Source: Felis catus (lineage: Eukaryota). Taken from it: a stretch of 64,000 nucleotides of DNA. The first letter of the stretch is position 1. Each line of letters starts with the position of its first letter. Positions 23,820-35,992 of the stretch are shown here, piece after piece. The position numbers and the translations under genes are program-made. Below the pieces are notes generated by a model. It was given only the letters and a program-made list of their open reading frames with translations. It was not told the origin of the DNA and ran no database searches. The stretch is taken from positions 113,028,001 to 113,092,000 of the forward strand of contig NC_058368.1 of the NCBI RefSeq assembly GCF_018350175.1, given 5' to 3'.

Positions 23820-24367
23820 TGTATTAGTCAGGGTTCTGTAGAGAAATGGAACCAGTAGGAGGTGTGTATATATGGAGAGACATTTATCAGAAGGAATTGG
23901 CTCCTATGACTGTGGAGGCCGCCGAGACGTGGCAGTGTGACTTGTGTGCATGCTCTCTCCCTTTCTCAAAATAATTAAACTTAAAACAATTTTTACAAAG
24001 CAGGAGACCCAGGAGACCCAGTGGTGTAGTGTCAGTTCAAAGATGAACAGGTTCGTGACTGAGGGAGAGGTGATACTTCAGTTTGAGTCTGAGGGCGGGA
24101 AAAGGGGGCTGTCCCAGGTCAAAGGCAGCCAGGCAGAAGGAATCCTCTTTTATTTTGGGGTGAGTAGGTCTGTCGTGTCATTCTCTCCAGGCCTTCAACT
24201 GATTGGGTGAGGCCCACCCGAATTAGGGAGGCTGTCTGCCTTCATTCTACTGATTTAAAGGTTAATTTCATCCTCAAACACCCACAGAAATACTCAGAAT
24301 GATGTTTGAGCCAATGTCTGGGTACCCCATGGCCCAGTCAGCCTGATGTATAAAATTAACCATTACC
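23820..24367 (-). mobile_element. MLT2-type ERVL solo LTR
   Basis: TGTATTAGTCAGGGTTCTGTAGAGAAA start, internal AAGGAATTGGCTC, and TAAAATTAACCATTAC end. Confidence 0.88.
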
Positions 24368-24431
24368 ATTTATAATTGCAAATATAATTCAAAATAACTT
24401 TAATATCTTTCAGAGGAGGGATGGATTGATA

Positions 24432-24648
24432 TTTTATTTATTTTTTTAATTTTATTTATTTTTGGGACAGAGAGAGCCAGAGCATGAACGGGGGAGGGGC
24501 AGAGAGAGAGGGAGACACAGAATCGTAAACAGGCTCCAGGCTCCCAGCCATCAGCCCAGAGCCTGACGCGGGGCTCGAACTCACGGACCGCAAGATCGTG
24601 ACCTGGCTGAAGTCGGACGCTTAACCAACTGCGCCACCCAGGCGCCCC
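24432..24648 (-). mobile_element. Can-SINE, young SINEC_Fc type
   Basis: TSD GGGATGGATTGATA at 24418-24431 and 24651-24664. Confidence 0.97.
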
Positions 24649-24918
24649 ATGGGATGGATTGATAAATTGTGGTATATTCATACATTGAGATGCTGTCCTA
24701 CAGCGGACATGCATGAACTCCAGACAAATATATCAACATGAGAGTATCGAGGAACCAATGTCCACTGCGAAAGGAAAGTTGCAAAAGATAAAACTGTGTG
24801 AATTTTTAAAAGACAAAACAAGGCCACGTGTGGATATTTATCTATGTAGTAATAATATAGAAACATGGATAACAGAATAAACCTCAATTTCAGATTTTCC
24901 TTTAAAAAAGAAAAATCA

Positions 24919-25130
24919 GGGGGCACTGGGTGGCACAGTCAGTTAAGCACCTGACTCTTGAACTCAGGTCAGGTCATGTACTTGCGGGTTCATGAGTTTC
25001 AGCCCCTGTGCTCTTATGATGGGGAGGCTGCTTGGGATTCTGTGTGTGTCTCTCTCTCTGCCCCTCTCCCTCTTGTGTGCATGCTCTCTCTCTTTCTCAA
25101 AATAATTTAAAAAACTTAAAACAATTGTTA
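24919..25130 (+). mobile_element. Can-SINE, older
   Basis: GGGGGCACTGGGTGGCACAGTCAGTTAAGC head, CT region and A-rich tail. Confidence 0.92.
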
Positions 25131-25609
25131 AAAAGCACACTCAGAAAGAAACATGACAAAAGGCTAACTTGAATGTTAAAAACTGGATGGTGAGTTATTT
25201 CCGTGCGTGCAAAATATTTTCATAAGATGTTTTTTGAAAGATAACGGATAGAAGCAGTGGTCTGTATGAATTCCAAGACTCACACACATCCCCAGGTTAC
25301 TAGCTGGTCTCCGCAAAGCAACTTCTTACGAGAGTACACACACTGATGTCAGGTTTGGGTGAATATCCTCTGCCTTCTTGGGCACCTGAAAAACTGCCCA
25401 TATCTTTCTTCAGGCAGCAAAAGGATTTGGGGCACCTCAGGGAGCATTCTATCTGAGGGGAGCTTCATGGTCAGGGTGGGAGAGAGTCACCATTTAGGAG
25501 ATGCTCTCTGTGAGGAACCTGGACTCCTGGACTAATGGGAACTGGGATATAAATAGGACCTTCTGTTGTCTTGAAAGGGCAGGAGGAGTCATCCTTCACG
25601 ATGTGGCCA

Positions 25610-25750
25610 GATAGGCCAGGTTCTAGTTTGGTTTCTCCATAGGCCAATTTCATGATCTGGGGAAGGGCTGTAATTCACAGCTGCCATTTCCTCATCTGTA
25701 TGGTGGGGACGATGACTTCTCTTACAATGTTGTGAAAACAAAGTAATACG
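25610..25750 (+). mobile_element. MIR fragment
   Basis: Core-like TTTCCTCATCTGTATGGTGGGGAC..GTTGTGAAAA. Confidence 0.5.
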
Positions 25751-26145
25751 GCCCAGTAGGGCTGCCTGGCCGAAACAAGGCACCAGGTCTCTCTTTTCTG
25801 GCACCCTCCCCACATCTGAAGGGGAAATTCCATCAGAGTATCCCAGTCCTCAATTATATGGCCGTGGGATTTTTGCTTGACCGATGATTATTGTTGCAGT
25901 ACCAGGGAAAGAGGGAGGACACATTCTAAGGTTTCAGTTGAAAATGGACAACTTTGTGCAAACTTTAATTCCAAATGCGGAGACAGAGCTTGAGTCAGGA
26001 GAACCGGGCTGCCACAGGTGCTATCTGTGACCTTGTGAACGTGGCCTCAAATTTCCCGGGCTCAGTGTCTCCATGGCTAGAAGGAAGCATGCCTGCAGGC
26101 TCTTTAAATGATAAGATAATGTAATTTTAAGAAGAGAGGAATATA

Positions 26146-26345
26146 GGGGATCTTGGGTGGCTCAGTCGGTTAAGCATCCGACTTCAGCTCTGGTCACCAT
26201 CTCACGGCTCGTGGGTTTGAGCCCCGCATCGGGCTCTGTGCTGACAGCTCAGAGCCTGGAGCCTGCTTTGGATTCTGTGTCTCCCTCTCTCTCTGCCCTT
26301 CCCCCACTTGTACTCTCTCTTTCAAAAATAAATGAACGTTAAAAA
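26146..26345 (+). mobile_element. Can-SINE (feliform)
   Basis: Full body and A tail. Confidence 0.95.
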
Positions 26346-27201
26346 GAGAGAGAGAGAGATAAAATAGCGAGAAGCGATGATAACCAAGAGAAAAAGCTTT
26401 AATCCTTATTTAGTACATACAGTCCTTGAGTGGATTTATGACGTAAAGCTTCCTTACATGGTCATCATGCCAGGCGAGTGTGGGACCCAAAATTAGCATG
26501 GTTCTTGTTGGATAGCTACTCTTCAAAAACAACGCACAAAGTGAACTCTGTTATTTTTGAGATGTTCTTGCAGACCTATCTAGGCCTCTTCCCTAAGTGA
26601 GGGTGGTGAAATGGCGGAGATGAAGGTGGGCTCACATCCACGGTGCCCTCAGCTAGCAGCAAGAACACTTGGTCCAGAACGGCGAGGAAGCACTCTGTCC
26701 CGTGACCTGAAGTCTGAAATTGAGAGGTGGTTAAAGGGACAAAATAACTGAAAACAGGTTCTCACAGTTTATTCAGGTCACCATGATTGAGCTGTGGGTG
26801 ACTGAAAATTGTCATCCCCTTCCCTACTTGTGAGTAGTAATTGTCCCTACGAGACAACGTTAGGACAACGTTGTGGACCTGTTTTGAAACACTGCTTAGG
26901 AAGGCCGGCAAGCCAGCCGGTATGCCTTAGGAGACTATTCAGCCGCGCAGGTGGAAGTAGAAAGGCTATCGGACTAAAATAGAGTTAACCAGAAAATTCA
27001 ATTCAGGAAAAACTAGATCTACACAGACTTCTGACTCAACACTTGTGTCGTCTTTTGCATTAAAGTGAAAGGGGAATCATTCACTGCTTGATGGAGTGCT
27101 GCCTGGCAGAACTTGGCTTTGTTTACGTTCTACCGTGAATTAGTCCGGTGTTTAGGGAAAATGGCTTAACCTCTCTGAAGCTAAAAATGCGGAACAGGGA
27201 T

Positions 27202-27406
27202 GGGGCGCCTGGGTGGCTCAGTCGGTTAAGCGTCCCACTTTGGCTCAGGTCACGACCTCACGGTTCATCGGTTTGAGCCTCGCATCGGGCTCTGTGCTGT
27301 CAGTTCAGAGCCTGGAGCCTGCTTCCGATTCTGTGTCTCCCTCTCTCTCCGCCCCTCCCCCGCTCAAGCTCTGTCTCTCTCAAAAATAATAAACAACAAC
27401 AACAAA
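27202..27406 (+). mobile_element. Can-SINE (feliform)
   Basis: Full body with (AAC)n-modified tail. Confidence 0.95.
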
Positions 27407-27862
27407 AGAATGCTGAAGGGCTAAGCTAGAGACACTGAAACCCTGTAGTTCCAGGTGTTTTTCACGTGCTGAATCACCTACCGGGTCCTGCAGGTGAAGC
27501 CAATGATGGCGGCCTTCAGTCACCTTCCAGAAGCTTACCCGGATCCTCTCAATCCCCACACCGGGGCTGACAACTGTTTCCCACTCCCTACTGAATGAAA
27601 TTCTGGGAATAACACTGAAGGCTTCCTATCTGTGAGGATAAAGGAGAAGAAGGAAAAGGACTCTGTCTGCCCCCGGGGTCTGTGGACAAGAAATAGTCAC
27701 TTTCACGATTGTACTAACATAACACTTGTTCCTGAGCCAGTAGCTCAAGTGAGTGAAATGAGGTTTTCAATAGACACGACCTCACACCCCCCTTCTAGGG
27801 ACCTCCAAAGTCAGCATCAGCGAGGGCTGAAGGGACTCCGGGATTCTGACTTCCAGAAGCTG

Positions 27863-28240
27863 TGGTAAGGACTCGGTAGCTATTACCAAGACCATTTCTC
27901 TCTCTGTCTAGGAACACAGCTGGCCTGCAACCCTGCCTGCCTTGTGGGTCACTGTGACTCTGTCACTGAGTTCTGTCCTAGGGGATGTGGTGGAAGATAC
28001 CTTTTCGAGCCTGACCCCTGAAAACCTCTCACCCAATCCTCAAATCTCTCTCCAGCAGCCACCAGCTGAATACCAATACCCAGGGCAACTTTGGAAGTAG
28101 TCACACATTGAAGATGGCAGACAGTCTGTAGCCTGGGTTCCTGAATGAATGCCTCCATCACAGACTGGATTCTGCAAGGATAATAAATTTATGCACTCAA
28201 CTGCAGAAAATTTGGAGTTTGTTACACACGTAGCTGCATA
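27863..28240 (+). mobile_element. MaLR solo LTR (MLT1J-like)
   Basis: CACATTGAAGATGGCAGA..GCCTGGGTTCCTGAATGA..AATAAA..TTTGGAGTTTGTTACA. Confidence 0.65.
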
Positions 28241-28242
28241 TT

Positions 28243-28244
<2 letters not shown>

Positions 28245-28275
<31 letters not shown>
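28245..28275. repeat. (AC)n microsatellite
   Basis: Seen directly. Confidence 0.95.
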
Positions 28276-28281
<6 letters not shown>

Positions 28282-28377
28282 AATTGCATTATCAGTTATT
28301 CCATGATATACAGTCACTTAAATGTCAGCTTTTAAGGGTTCGCCTAATTATATCAATAAACCACCCACTGTGGTTCT

Positions 28378-28606
28378 TTTTTTTTAAAAAAAAATTTTTT
28401 TAATGTTTTTATTTATTTTTGAGACAGAGAGAGACAGAGCATGAGCAGGGGAGGGGCAGAGAGAGAGCGAGACGCAGAATCCGAAGCAGGCTCTAGGCTC
28501 TGAGCTGTCAGTACAGAACCCGGCATGGGGCTTGAACTCACGGACCGTGAGATCATGACCTGAGCCAAAGTTGGATGCCCAACCGACTAAGCCACCCAGG
28601 CGCCCC
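28378..28606 (-). mobile_element. Can-SINE (feliform)
   Basis: Antisense full body. Imperfect TSD CCCACTG(T)GGTTCT. Confidence 0.95.
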
Positions 28607-29191
28607 TCCCTGCCCCCCCCCACTGGGTTCTGATGCTAGTTTCTGGGGACTTAATGAATGGATACTGAATAATAAATAATAAATCAACCCTGGATAAATA
28701 AATAAATCATTGGATAGATAAATAAATAAACAGCCCTGTCAGGAGTGGGTAATATGGCAAAAACGTCTCCTTCCCTATGCCTCTCTAGCTGTGTCTGGAA
28801 CAGCTTAGAGCAAGCACTGATTTACTCCCAGAGAAGTGAGACAGGAATTGTAATGCAGGCCTAAGACTCTGAGGCAGTTAACAAGAGGCTCAGAAAAAGG
28901 TTGACCACAGCCACTGCACAGCTCCTGGCGAGCGAGGAGGGGAACAGAGCGAGAGGGGGAAGAGCCGTTCAGTCAGAAGCCAAGGCGATGGCACCTTCTG
29001 GAACTGGGAAGGAAAGAGAGGCTGTTTCCACCCCATTCTCCATCTTGTGAGGTAATGTATGTACAATCATAATTTTCACACAATGAAAAGCATGACTCTT
29101 TAATGATATAGAATGTATATGTGTCAAAAGTTACCAACTAAATAATGAGGAAACCAGTAATATGATAAAGGTAGTTCAAAGAGCATTTTGA

Positions 29192-29616
29192 GGGGTGCCT
29201 TGAGCATCTGGTTCTTTTTTTTTTTTAATTTTTTTTCAACGTTTATTTATTTTTGGGACAGAGAGAGACAGAGCACGAACGGGGGAGGGGCAGAGAGAGG
29301 GGGAGACACAGAATGGAAGCAGGCTCCAGGCTCCGAGCCATCAGCCCAGAGCCCGACGCGGGGTTCGAACTCACGGACCGCGAGATCGTGACCTGGCTGA
29401 AGTCAGATGCTTAACCAACTGCGCCACCCAGGCGCCCCGAGCATCTGGTTCTTGATTTCAGCTCAGGTCATGATCTCTTAGCCTTGAGGTCATGAGATCA
29501 AGCCCCACATCAGGCTTTGCACTGGGTGTGGAGCCTGCTTGGGATTCTCTCTCTTCCTCTTCCTCTCCTTCTGTCCCTCTCCAGCTCTCTCTCTGCGCTC
29601 TCTCTCTCTCTCAAAA
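29192..29616 (+). mobile_element. Older Can-SINE lacking its A-box region, interrupted by an antisense SINE
   Basis: TSD AAAGAGC(A/G)TTTTGA at 29178-29191 and 29617-29630. Head reads GGGGTGCCT|TGAGCATCTG. Confidence 0.9.
29217..29438 (-). mobile_element. Can-SINE, young SINEC_Fc type, nested
   Basis: TSD GAGCATCTGGTTCTT at 29202-29216 and 29439-29453. Confidence 0.97.
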
Positions 29617-30672
29617 AAAGAGCGTTTTGAAGAACAGGGTGATCTCATCTACTGGATAAAGGCATTCTGAAATAATTTTCTGAGTCAAACATAAAACTGG
29701 AATATTCTGTAGAGCAGTGAAGCCTAACATGTAGGGTAATCTTTGTCACCTTAGAGAAATCTTCATGGTACATGTAACTTCACTGGCTCTCATCCCTTAA
29801 TGGCACAGCCAAATACAGGTATATTTCCCTGGAAATTTAATTAAATTCTCAAATAAGCCTATGAAACAATTCTCCTTTATAACCTTAAATAGACATGTTG
29901 CCCTCTCTTTGCCTATTTTTCCAAATTTTAAAAGATCTTTTCTAATTGTCCCCCCTTTTTTTTATTATAATTAATATCCAGAGATCATTCTTGACCACCC
30001 CGAAGGCTGGTCTCATGTTTTAGCTCGATTGTTTACAAAGGTGAAGTAAGCAGTGTTGCTTAACCATATAATCTTCCTTGAGCCAGAGGTACTGAGGCCT
30101 CACTAAACCCAGAGAATTAACTTCTGTCTGGAAATTTTATTAAAGAATCTCAGGTTGGGCTGTTTAAAAGTCTTGATGATTTGGACTTCTATTCTGACGC
30201 AAGAAACCAAGGTCCAAGAAACTCCACCAGACAGATCTCACATGAAGTGCTAGTAAATTTTGGTGAATTCTTCAAGATTGCCCATGTTTTATTATGATCA
30301 CTGGTACTCCTGGAAGTGACTTTCCTTACCTCTGGGAGGCTGGGAGCCTGTATGGCATAGAACACGTCTCAGGCCAGGTTTCCTGGGAGAGCTTTGTAAA
30401 CATTGACGCCACATGTTAAATATACCTTTGTAAAGGTGAGCTTGTCACACTTGATTAAGTGAGGTTCCTTTTCAACATGACACTCCAGATCTGGCCTTAG
30501 TTGCACAGCTAATTTGTCAAATTATATCTTGGTAAAAAGGAGGCCAAATCCTCACTGAACCTACGCAAATAACTATATTGCTGTGCAAAGTAAAGCATCT
30601 CAATAAACATCCTCGTCTCTGAATTCAGAGGTGACAGTAACAAGCAGATATCCTTACAAGTGCCCTCTTTCA

Positions 30673-30888
30673 GGGGCCCCTGGGTGGCTCAATCGGTTAA
30701 GCATCCTACTCTTGTTTTTAGCTCAGGTCATGATCTCACAGTTTGTGGGATTGAGCCCCGCATTGGGCTCTGCACTGACAGTTCAGAGCCTGCTTGGGAC
30801 TCTTTCTCCCCCTCTCTCTCTGCCCCTCCCCGGCTCATGCTTGCTCTTGCTATCTCTGTCTCTCTTTCAAAACAAATAAACATTAAAA
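30673..30888 (+). mobile_element. Can-SINE
   Basis: TSD AAGTG(C/T)CCTCTTT(T)CA on both sides. Confidence 0.95.
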
Positions 30889-32796
30889 AAGTGTCCTCTT
30901 TTCAGTTTCCTAAAGCATCGTCTACTACATTGAGAGAGATTAAAAAGGAAGAGTAAAAATCTCCTCTCATGCATTATGATAAATAGAACATTAAAAAATT
31001 AACGTATGCCGAAGTAGATAACTACCATTTAAATTTCAGTCTGGTTTTCCCTCATCAGTTAATTCAGTCCTATGTCATTAAATTTATTCCACTGGATCTT
31101 GGGTCAGCAGCTCCTTGTGTAAAATTGTCTACTTGTGAACTAAACACAATGTTAGAAGTTCTGACCAGTCCCCTAATACAGTCTGACAGTTGTCTAGATA
31201 ATGTCAGCTTTACACGTTGGAGCTTTTACCCGTAAGCCTAGTCTTGACGCATCAATAGTTATTGGTATCCAATACAGTCAGTCCTTTCCTCAAGACTGTG
31301 AGTTTTTCTTTATCAAAGATACAGATTCTAGCCTGCAGGCCTTCAGGAACATGTCAGAGGAGAGTGAAAACCAGAGATAGACGAGACTATGTATCTGTGG
31401 TTCATTTTGCGCAACAGAGAATAATATCAAAAAAGAGGAGAGTTAAATTCTCTGTTGGGATATAATACATAACTGTTTCCTTGAAAATTAATGTTCCCTC
31501 TCGGGCAAGAACATATTGTGGACAGTGAGAGCATTGGCAAATCTTTGGGACTTCGCATTCCCTTCTGTAATACGGATAACTTATGCCACATTAATATCAA
31601 TAATGTTTTACCTGTACAAAACTCTTCTGTGCTTTGACACATCATTTGTTGTCATTTAGCTTGTACAACAGGGTGGAACTAATTAAGAAACGTGCAGAAA
31701 CAATCCTAATTATTTTTAGCAATTTTTTAATATGTAATATTAAAGAAGAAATCTTTGTGAGTTCCCATGGGAACTTTGGGACATTGCAAAGATATTTGGG
31801 TGTAAAAGAAATAATCAATCTTTTCCCTAAACGATGGTCTGGTTCTCTGATGGCAAAATCAAGAGTTAGGAGAAGAAATCTGGAAGCTTGATTAAGATAA
31901 AAACAGTAGCTTGGTTACCTATTAATCAAAGTGGCAATAGAATATTTTAAGTAAATTCTGGAAGAAGGTGACACGGTTTTGTGAAACCTTGGCTCCTTGA
32001 AAATCAAGGTGATGATGAGGAAGTAAGTGCAAAGCACAGAAAATTATTCTGGTAAGACTTAGGAGCCTTGCTATCCAGACAGATAACACAGAAGATAGTG
32101 AATAACCTTGTTCTCTCCCTTGTAAAAGCAGGCTACGTGTTCTAAGATCAATTTATCATTTTAACAGAGAGAAATCAAATTCTAGTTTGAAATTAATATC
32201 GGCTTTGGCAGTAAGGATTCCTCAGTTCCCCTACCTCTTTTGTTTAACTTACCTTGGGAATAAGCCCATCAGCCATGAGCACACTTTTCCAAAATTTTAG
32301 CACACCCCTTTGATTACACCAGACCCATTATTTGCAGATATTCTAAGCCAAGGTGAATAACATCTAATTTATATGAACCTTCTACAACTTTCCGTATCCA
32401 AGTTTTGTCTTTTCCACATTCGGGAACGCCCAGATGCTTTAAGCCAAACCTATCCCTCTTTCCCTTAAGAGATACATCCTGTTAGCTTTAAGTAGTCATT
32501 ACTTTGTCATTACTCCCAGTATATAGTGTTAATCATTTGTATTGATTAAAACTTTTAACCAAAGCAACTCAATTTTATCTCAGAGAAATGAAAGCTAGGT
32601 AGGGAATTGAGAACCACCTATCAACACAGCCCAGAAATCTCACAAGAACATGTAATACGACCCCCTTGGTTACTCACATGCCTCTTACGTGTTCTCAAAG
32701 TGGCAAAAGGAACACGTCCATTAACAGCACCCAAAGATATAGCTACTCCATACCATGAAAATAGGAGGCAAAAGTATATATATATATATATATATA

Positions 32797-33004
32797 TTTT
32801 TAACGTTTATTTATTTTTGAGACAGGGAGAGACAGAGCATGAACGGGGGAGGGTCAGAGAGAGAGGGAGACACAGAATCCGAAACAGGCTCCAGGCTCTG
32901 AGCTGTCAGCACAGAGCCCGACGCGGGGCTCGAACTCATAGAGTGCGAGATCGTGACCTGAGCCGAAGTCGGCCGCTTAACCGACTGAGCCACCCAGGCG
33001 CCCC
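32797..33004 (-). mobile_element. Can-SINE (feliform) with adjacent (TA)n expansion
   Basis: TSD AAAAGTATATAT. The left copy is expanded into (TA)n at 32775-32796. Confidence 0.96.
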
Positions 33005-33217
33005 AAAAGTATATATTTTTATATATTAAGACTTTACTAAATAACCAAGATCTCTGTATTTTATTTTGTTTAGAAATTACCTGGGTATCCAAAAATTATT
33101 GATTAATTTACTCAATTTAACATTAGTCTACGATTTTAAAGTTAATAAGGATGTCGGAAATTATATTCAAACGGATACACTACAAGCACAGTTGCTGTTG
33201 ATATAAAAGGTTTTTTA

Positions 33218-33439
33218 GGGGCGCCTGGGTGGTTCAGTTGGTTGAGCATCCAACTTCAGCTCAAGTCATGATCTCACGATTTGTGAGTTCAAGCCCTGTG
33301 TCAGGCTCTGTGCTTACGGCTCAAAGCCTGGAGCCTGCTTCGGATTCTGTGTCTCCCTCTCTCTCTGCCCCTTCCCAGCTTGTGCTCTGCCCACCCCACC
33401 CTCCCCCCGCATTAAAAATAAACATTAAAAAAATTTTTT
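33218..33439 (+). mobile_element. Can-SINE (feliform)
   Basis: TSD TATAAA(A)GGTTTTTTA on both sides. Confidence 0.95.
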
Positions 33440-33576
33440 TATAAAGGTTTTTTAGAATTACTGTTCAATGTACTTAAAATTTTTACATATTTCACAATCC
33501 TCAATATTATGTAGGTATAATATTAGCTTATCTAACCAGTAAATTAACATGAAAGGTTTAGGAAGTTCATGATTAA

Positions 33577-33709
33577 CTGGGTGGCTCAGTCATTTAAGCT
33601 TCTGACTCTTGATTTCGACTCAGGTCATGATCTCACAGTCATTATCGCATGGTCACGGCATCCAGCCCACTTTTGTTGGGCTTTGCACTGGGCATGGAGG
33701 CGGCTTAAG

Positions 33710-33756
<47 letters not shown>

Positions 33757-33813
33757 CTCCTCCTCTCCCCTACTCTTTCTCTCTCTCTCAAAAACAAACA
33801 AACAAACAAAAAC
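33577..33813 (+). mobile_element. Older Can-SINE, slightly 5'-truncated, with long (CT)n
   Basis: TSD TTTAGGAAGTTCA(T)GATTAACT at 33557-33578 and 33814-33834. Confidence 0.9.
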
Positions 33814-34503
33814 TTTAGGAAGTTCAGATTAACTAGCTTATTCATGAAAAATATACCAAACCTTGCTTTTAATAATTGTTATATTATACCTCATACTGAT
33901 AAAACCAGAGAAAATATGTATAACTATTGTTAAGCCAAAAGCTTAAATCAGCATGATTTGCTTAAGGATTCATCTTGATTACTTGAATTTTGATTCTTAT
34001 AAAAATGTTTCTTAGCTAGTATTTTCTATAAGAAAGGATTTTGGTAAGCCAATCCATTTAAAATATCAGAAGCTTAGTTTATTTGGAGGGTAATTCTGGG
34101 AATATACGTAATTTATTTAAGTGCTTAAAATCTCTATAAAGCAATTAATTACTTTCATTTGTGAGACATTGTAATCTAATTAATTAATACTTCAGGAAAA
34201 GGGAAATATATCGCAATGAAAAGTAAAGCTTTTGTTAATTACACACAACCCTTCAGAGACCTTGTAGCTTTACATAGTTACCGGCCATGAACAGAGAGAA
34301 ATAGAAAAATTCACCGTTCCAGATCTCAAAGGGCTGTTCTTCATTCCAGGAAGAATAAAATATTTTCCTAATTGATTTGAGGTCACAAGTTGCCAAACGG
34401 ACAAACAGAAAAGACTAACAAACCGGTTTCTTACCCAACAGAGAATAGATGCCACCATTTCAGGAGAAATCACCAAATCATCAGCCCAGAAAGCTGGGGC
34501 CCT

Positions 34504-34553
34504 GGTCATCGTAGTCATTGTAGTCATTGTAGTCATTGCAGTCATTGTAGTCA
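34504..34553. repeat. 9-bp tandem repeat (GTAGTCATT), about 5 copies
   Basis: Seen directly. Confidence 0.9.
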
Positions 34554-35026
34554 ACAATGGCCGATAACGTCCCAGCCATGCACTAATCAGAACCAGGACT
34601 AAAGTTGGTCAAGGAGCAGAAATTAAAAAGAACAACTTAGAATTCGATTTCAGAGACAGAGAGCTAGGGAAGGTAACGTCTATTACCATGTTTATCATTT
34701 GCACTCCATCCCAGGAGCCAAAATAGCATGCTAGGCTGGACAGCCCATGAGGTCTGCTCCCCGTGCATCATAGTTAAATGGGCCCTGGCAGGTTAGACCA
34801 CTTGGCAATCTTATTGAAGCCTCCAGAACTGATGGGTATAATTACTACGGTTTTCAAAAAGTTAAAAATGTACAAATGTAGAATAAACGTGTTAAAGATT
34901 TACTGACTCATCCATAAGGGAACTAGTAAGATTGGTAAAAATAGTTAAAATGGCATTTTGAGGAACAGGGTTACATAGTTTACAAAAAAGGGGGGGGGCA
35001 TTCTTAAATAACGGTAGTCATTATAA

Positions 35027-35992
35027 TGGGGTGGGCTGAAACAGGGTTCCCCAAAGATGTCAACACTCAGATCCTCAGAATGCATATTCATGTGATTTTT
35101 ACCTGACAAAAGAGATTTTGAAGCTGTGATTTAGGTTAAGGATCTTGAGAAGGGAGATAATCCTGGATTATCTGGGGAGGCGCAGTTTAATTACAAGTCT
35201 TTAAAAGGGGAAGAGGGTGACAGAAATGTAGGCGGGGGATAATGTGATGTGAGAAGGAACCCCTGTTGCTCACTTTATTTTTCTTTTCCTTTTTTTTCTT
35301 TTTTTTCTTTTTTATTTTTTTCAATGTATGAAATTTATTGTCAAATTGGTTTCCAAACAACACCCAGTGCTCATCCCAAAAGGTGCCCTCCTCAATACCC
35401 ATCACCCGCCCTCCCCTCCCTCCCACCCCCCATCAACCCTCAGTTTGTTCTCAGTTTTTAAGAGTCTCTTATGCTTTGGCTCTCTTCCACTCTAACCTCT
35501 TTTTTTTTTTCCTTCCCCTCCCCCATGGGTTCCTGTTAAGTTTCTCAGGATCCACATAAGAGTGAAAACATATGGTATCTGTCTTTCTCTGTATGGCTTA
35601 TTTCACTTAGCATCACACTCTCCAGTTCCATCCACGTTGCTACAAAGGGCCATATTTCGTTCTTTCTCATTGAGACTGAGGAAGAGGGCCACAGGCTAAG
35701 AAACAGAAGCCTCGGTCAGCTACAAATGGCCCTCACTTTACAGTTGGCAAGAACGCAAGGGCCTCTGTTCTACACCTGAAAAGGTGTATTCTTCCCACAA
35801 CCAGAATGAGCAGGAAAAGGATTCTGCCCTTGAGCCTCCAGAAGGCAATGCAGTCTACATACAAATTGGTTTCAGTGTGGTGACACCTGCTTTGACCTTT
35901 TGACCTTTCAAGCTGTAAAATGATACACTGGTGTCCTCTTAAGCCACTGAGTCAGTAGTTATTTGCTATGGCAACGATAGAAAAGCAACGCA
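35027..35992 (+). mobile_element. MaLR solo LTR (MLT1D/E-like), split by an L1
   Basis: CCCCAAAGATGTC..GTTAAGGATCTTGAGA..GGGAGATAATCCTGGATTATCTGG..GAGCCTCCAGAAGG..TTAAGCCACT..ATAGAAAA. Confidence 0.85.
35274..35672 (-). mobile_element. Young felid L1 (L1_Fc-like), 5'-truncated 3' end
   Basis: Poly(T) followed by ATGAAATTTATTGTCAAATTGGTTTCC..CACCCAGTGCTCATCCCAAAAGGTGCCCTCC..TTATTTCACTTAGCAT. Confidence 0.92.

Larger units (their letters stand above)
24369..25240 (+). mobile_element. Old L1 (L1ME-like) 3' fragment with two SINE insertions
   Basis: GATGGATTGATAAATTGTGGTATATTCATACA..GGAAAGTTGCAAAAGAT. Confidence 0.6.
29107..29845 (-). mobile_element. ERV1 LTR (LTR37-like), left copy, containing two SINEs
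   Basis: AATGAGGAAACCAGTAATATGATAAAGGTAGTTCAAAGAGCATTTTGA is homologous to 34914-34961. 29660-29830 is homologous to 34998-35010 plus 35994-36150. Confidence 0.65.
29850..34870 (-). mobile_element. ERV1 internal region (MER4-group/LTR37-int-like), degenerate and non-coding
   Basis: AT-rich. GGAAATTTTATTAAAGAATCTCAG..GGTGAATTC..GCAAATAACTATATTGC resembles antisense MER4-group internal consensus (from memory). Lies between two homologous LTR copies. Confidence 0.65.

Noticed and set aside
34270..34602. ORFs with repeats MTTMTT and HCSHCSHCS that resemble metal-binding motifs
   Set aside because: They are by-products of a 9-bp tandem repeat inside a decayed ERV region.
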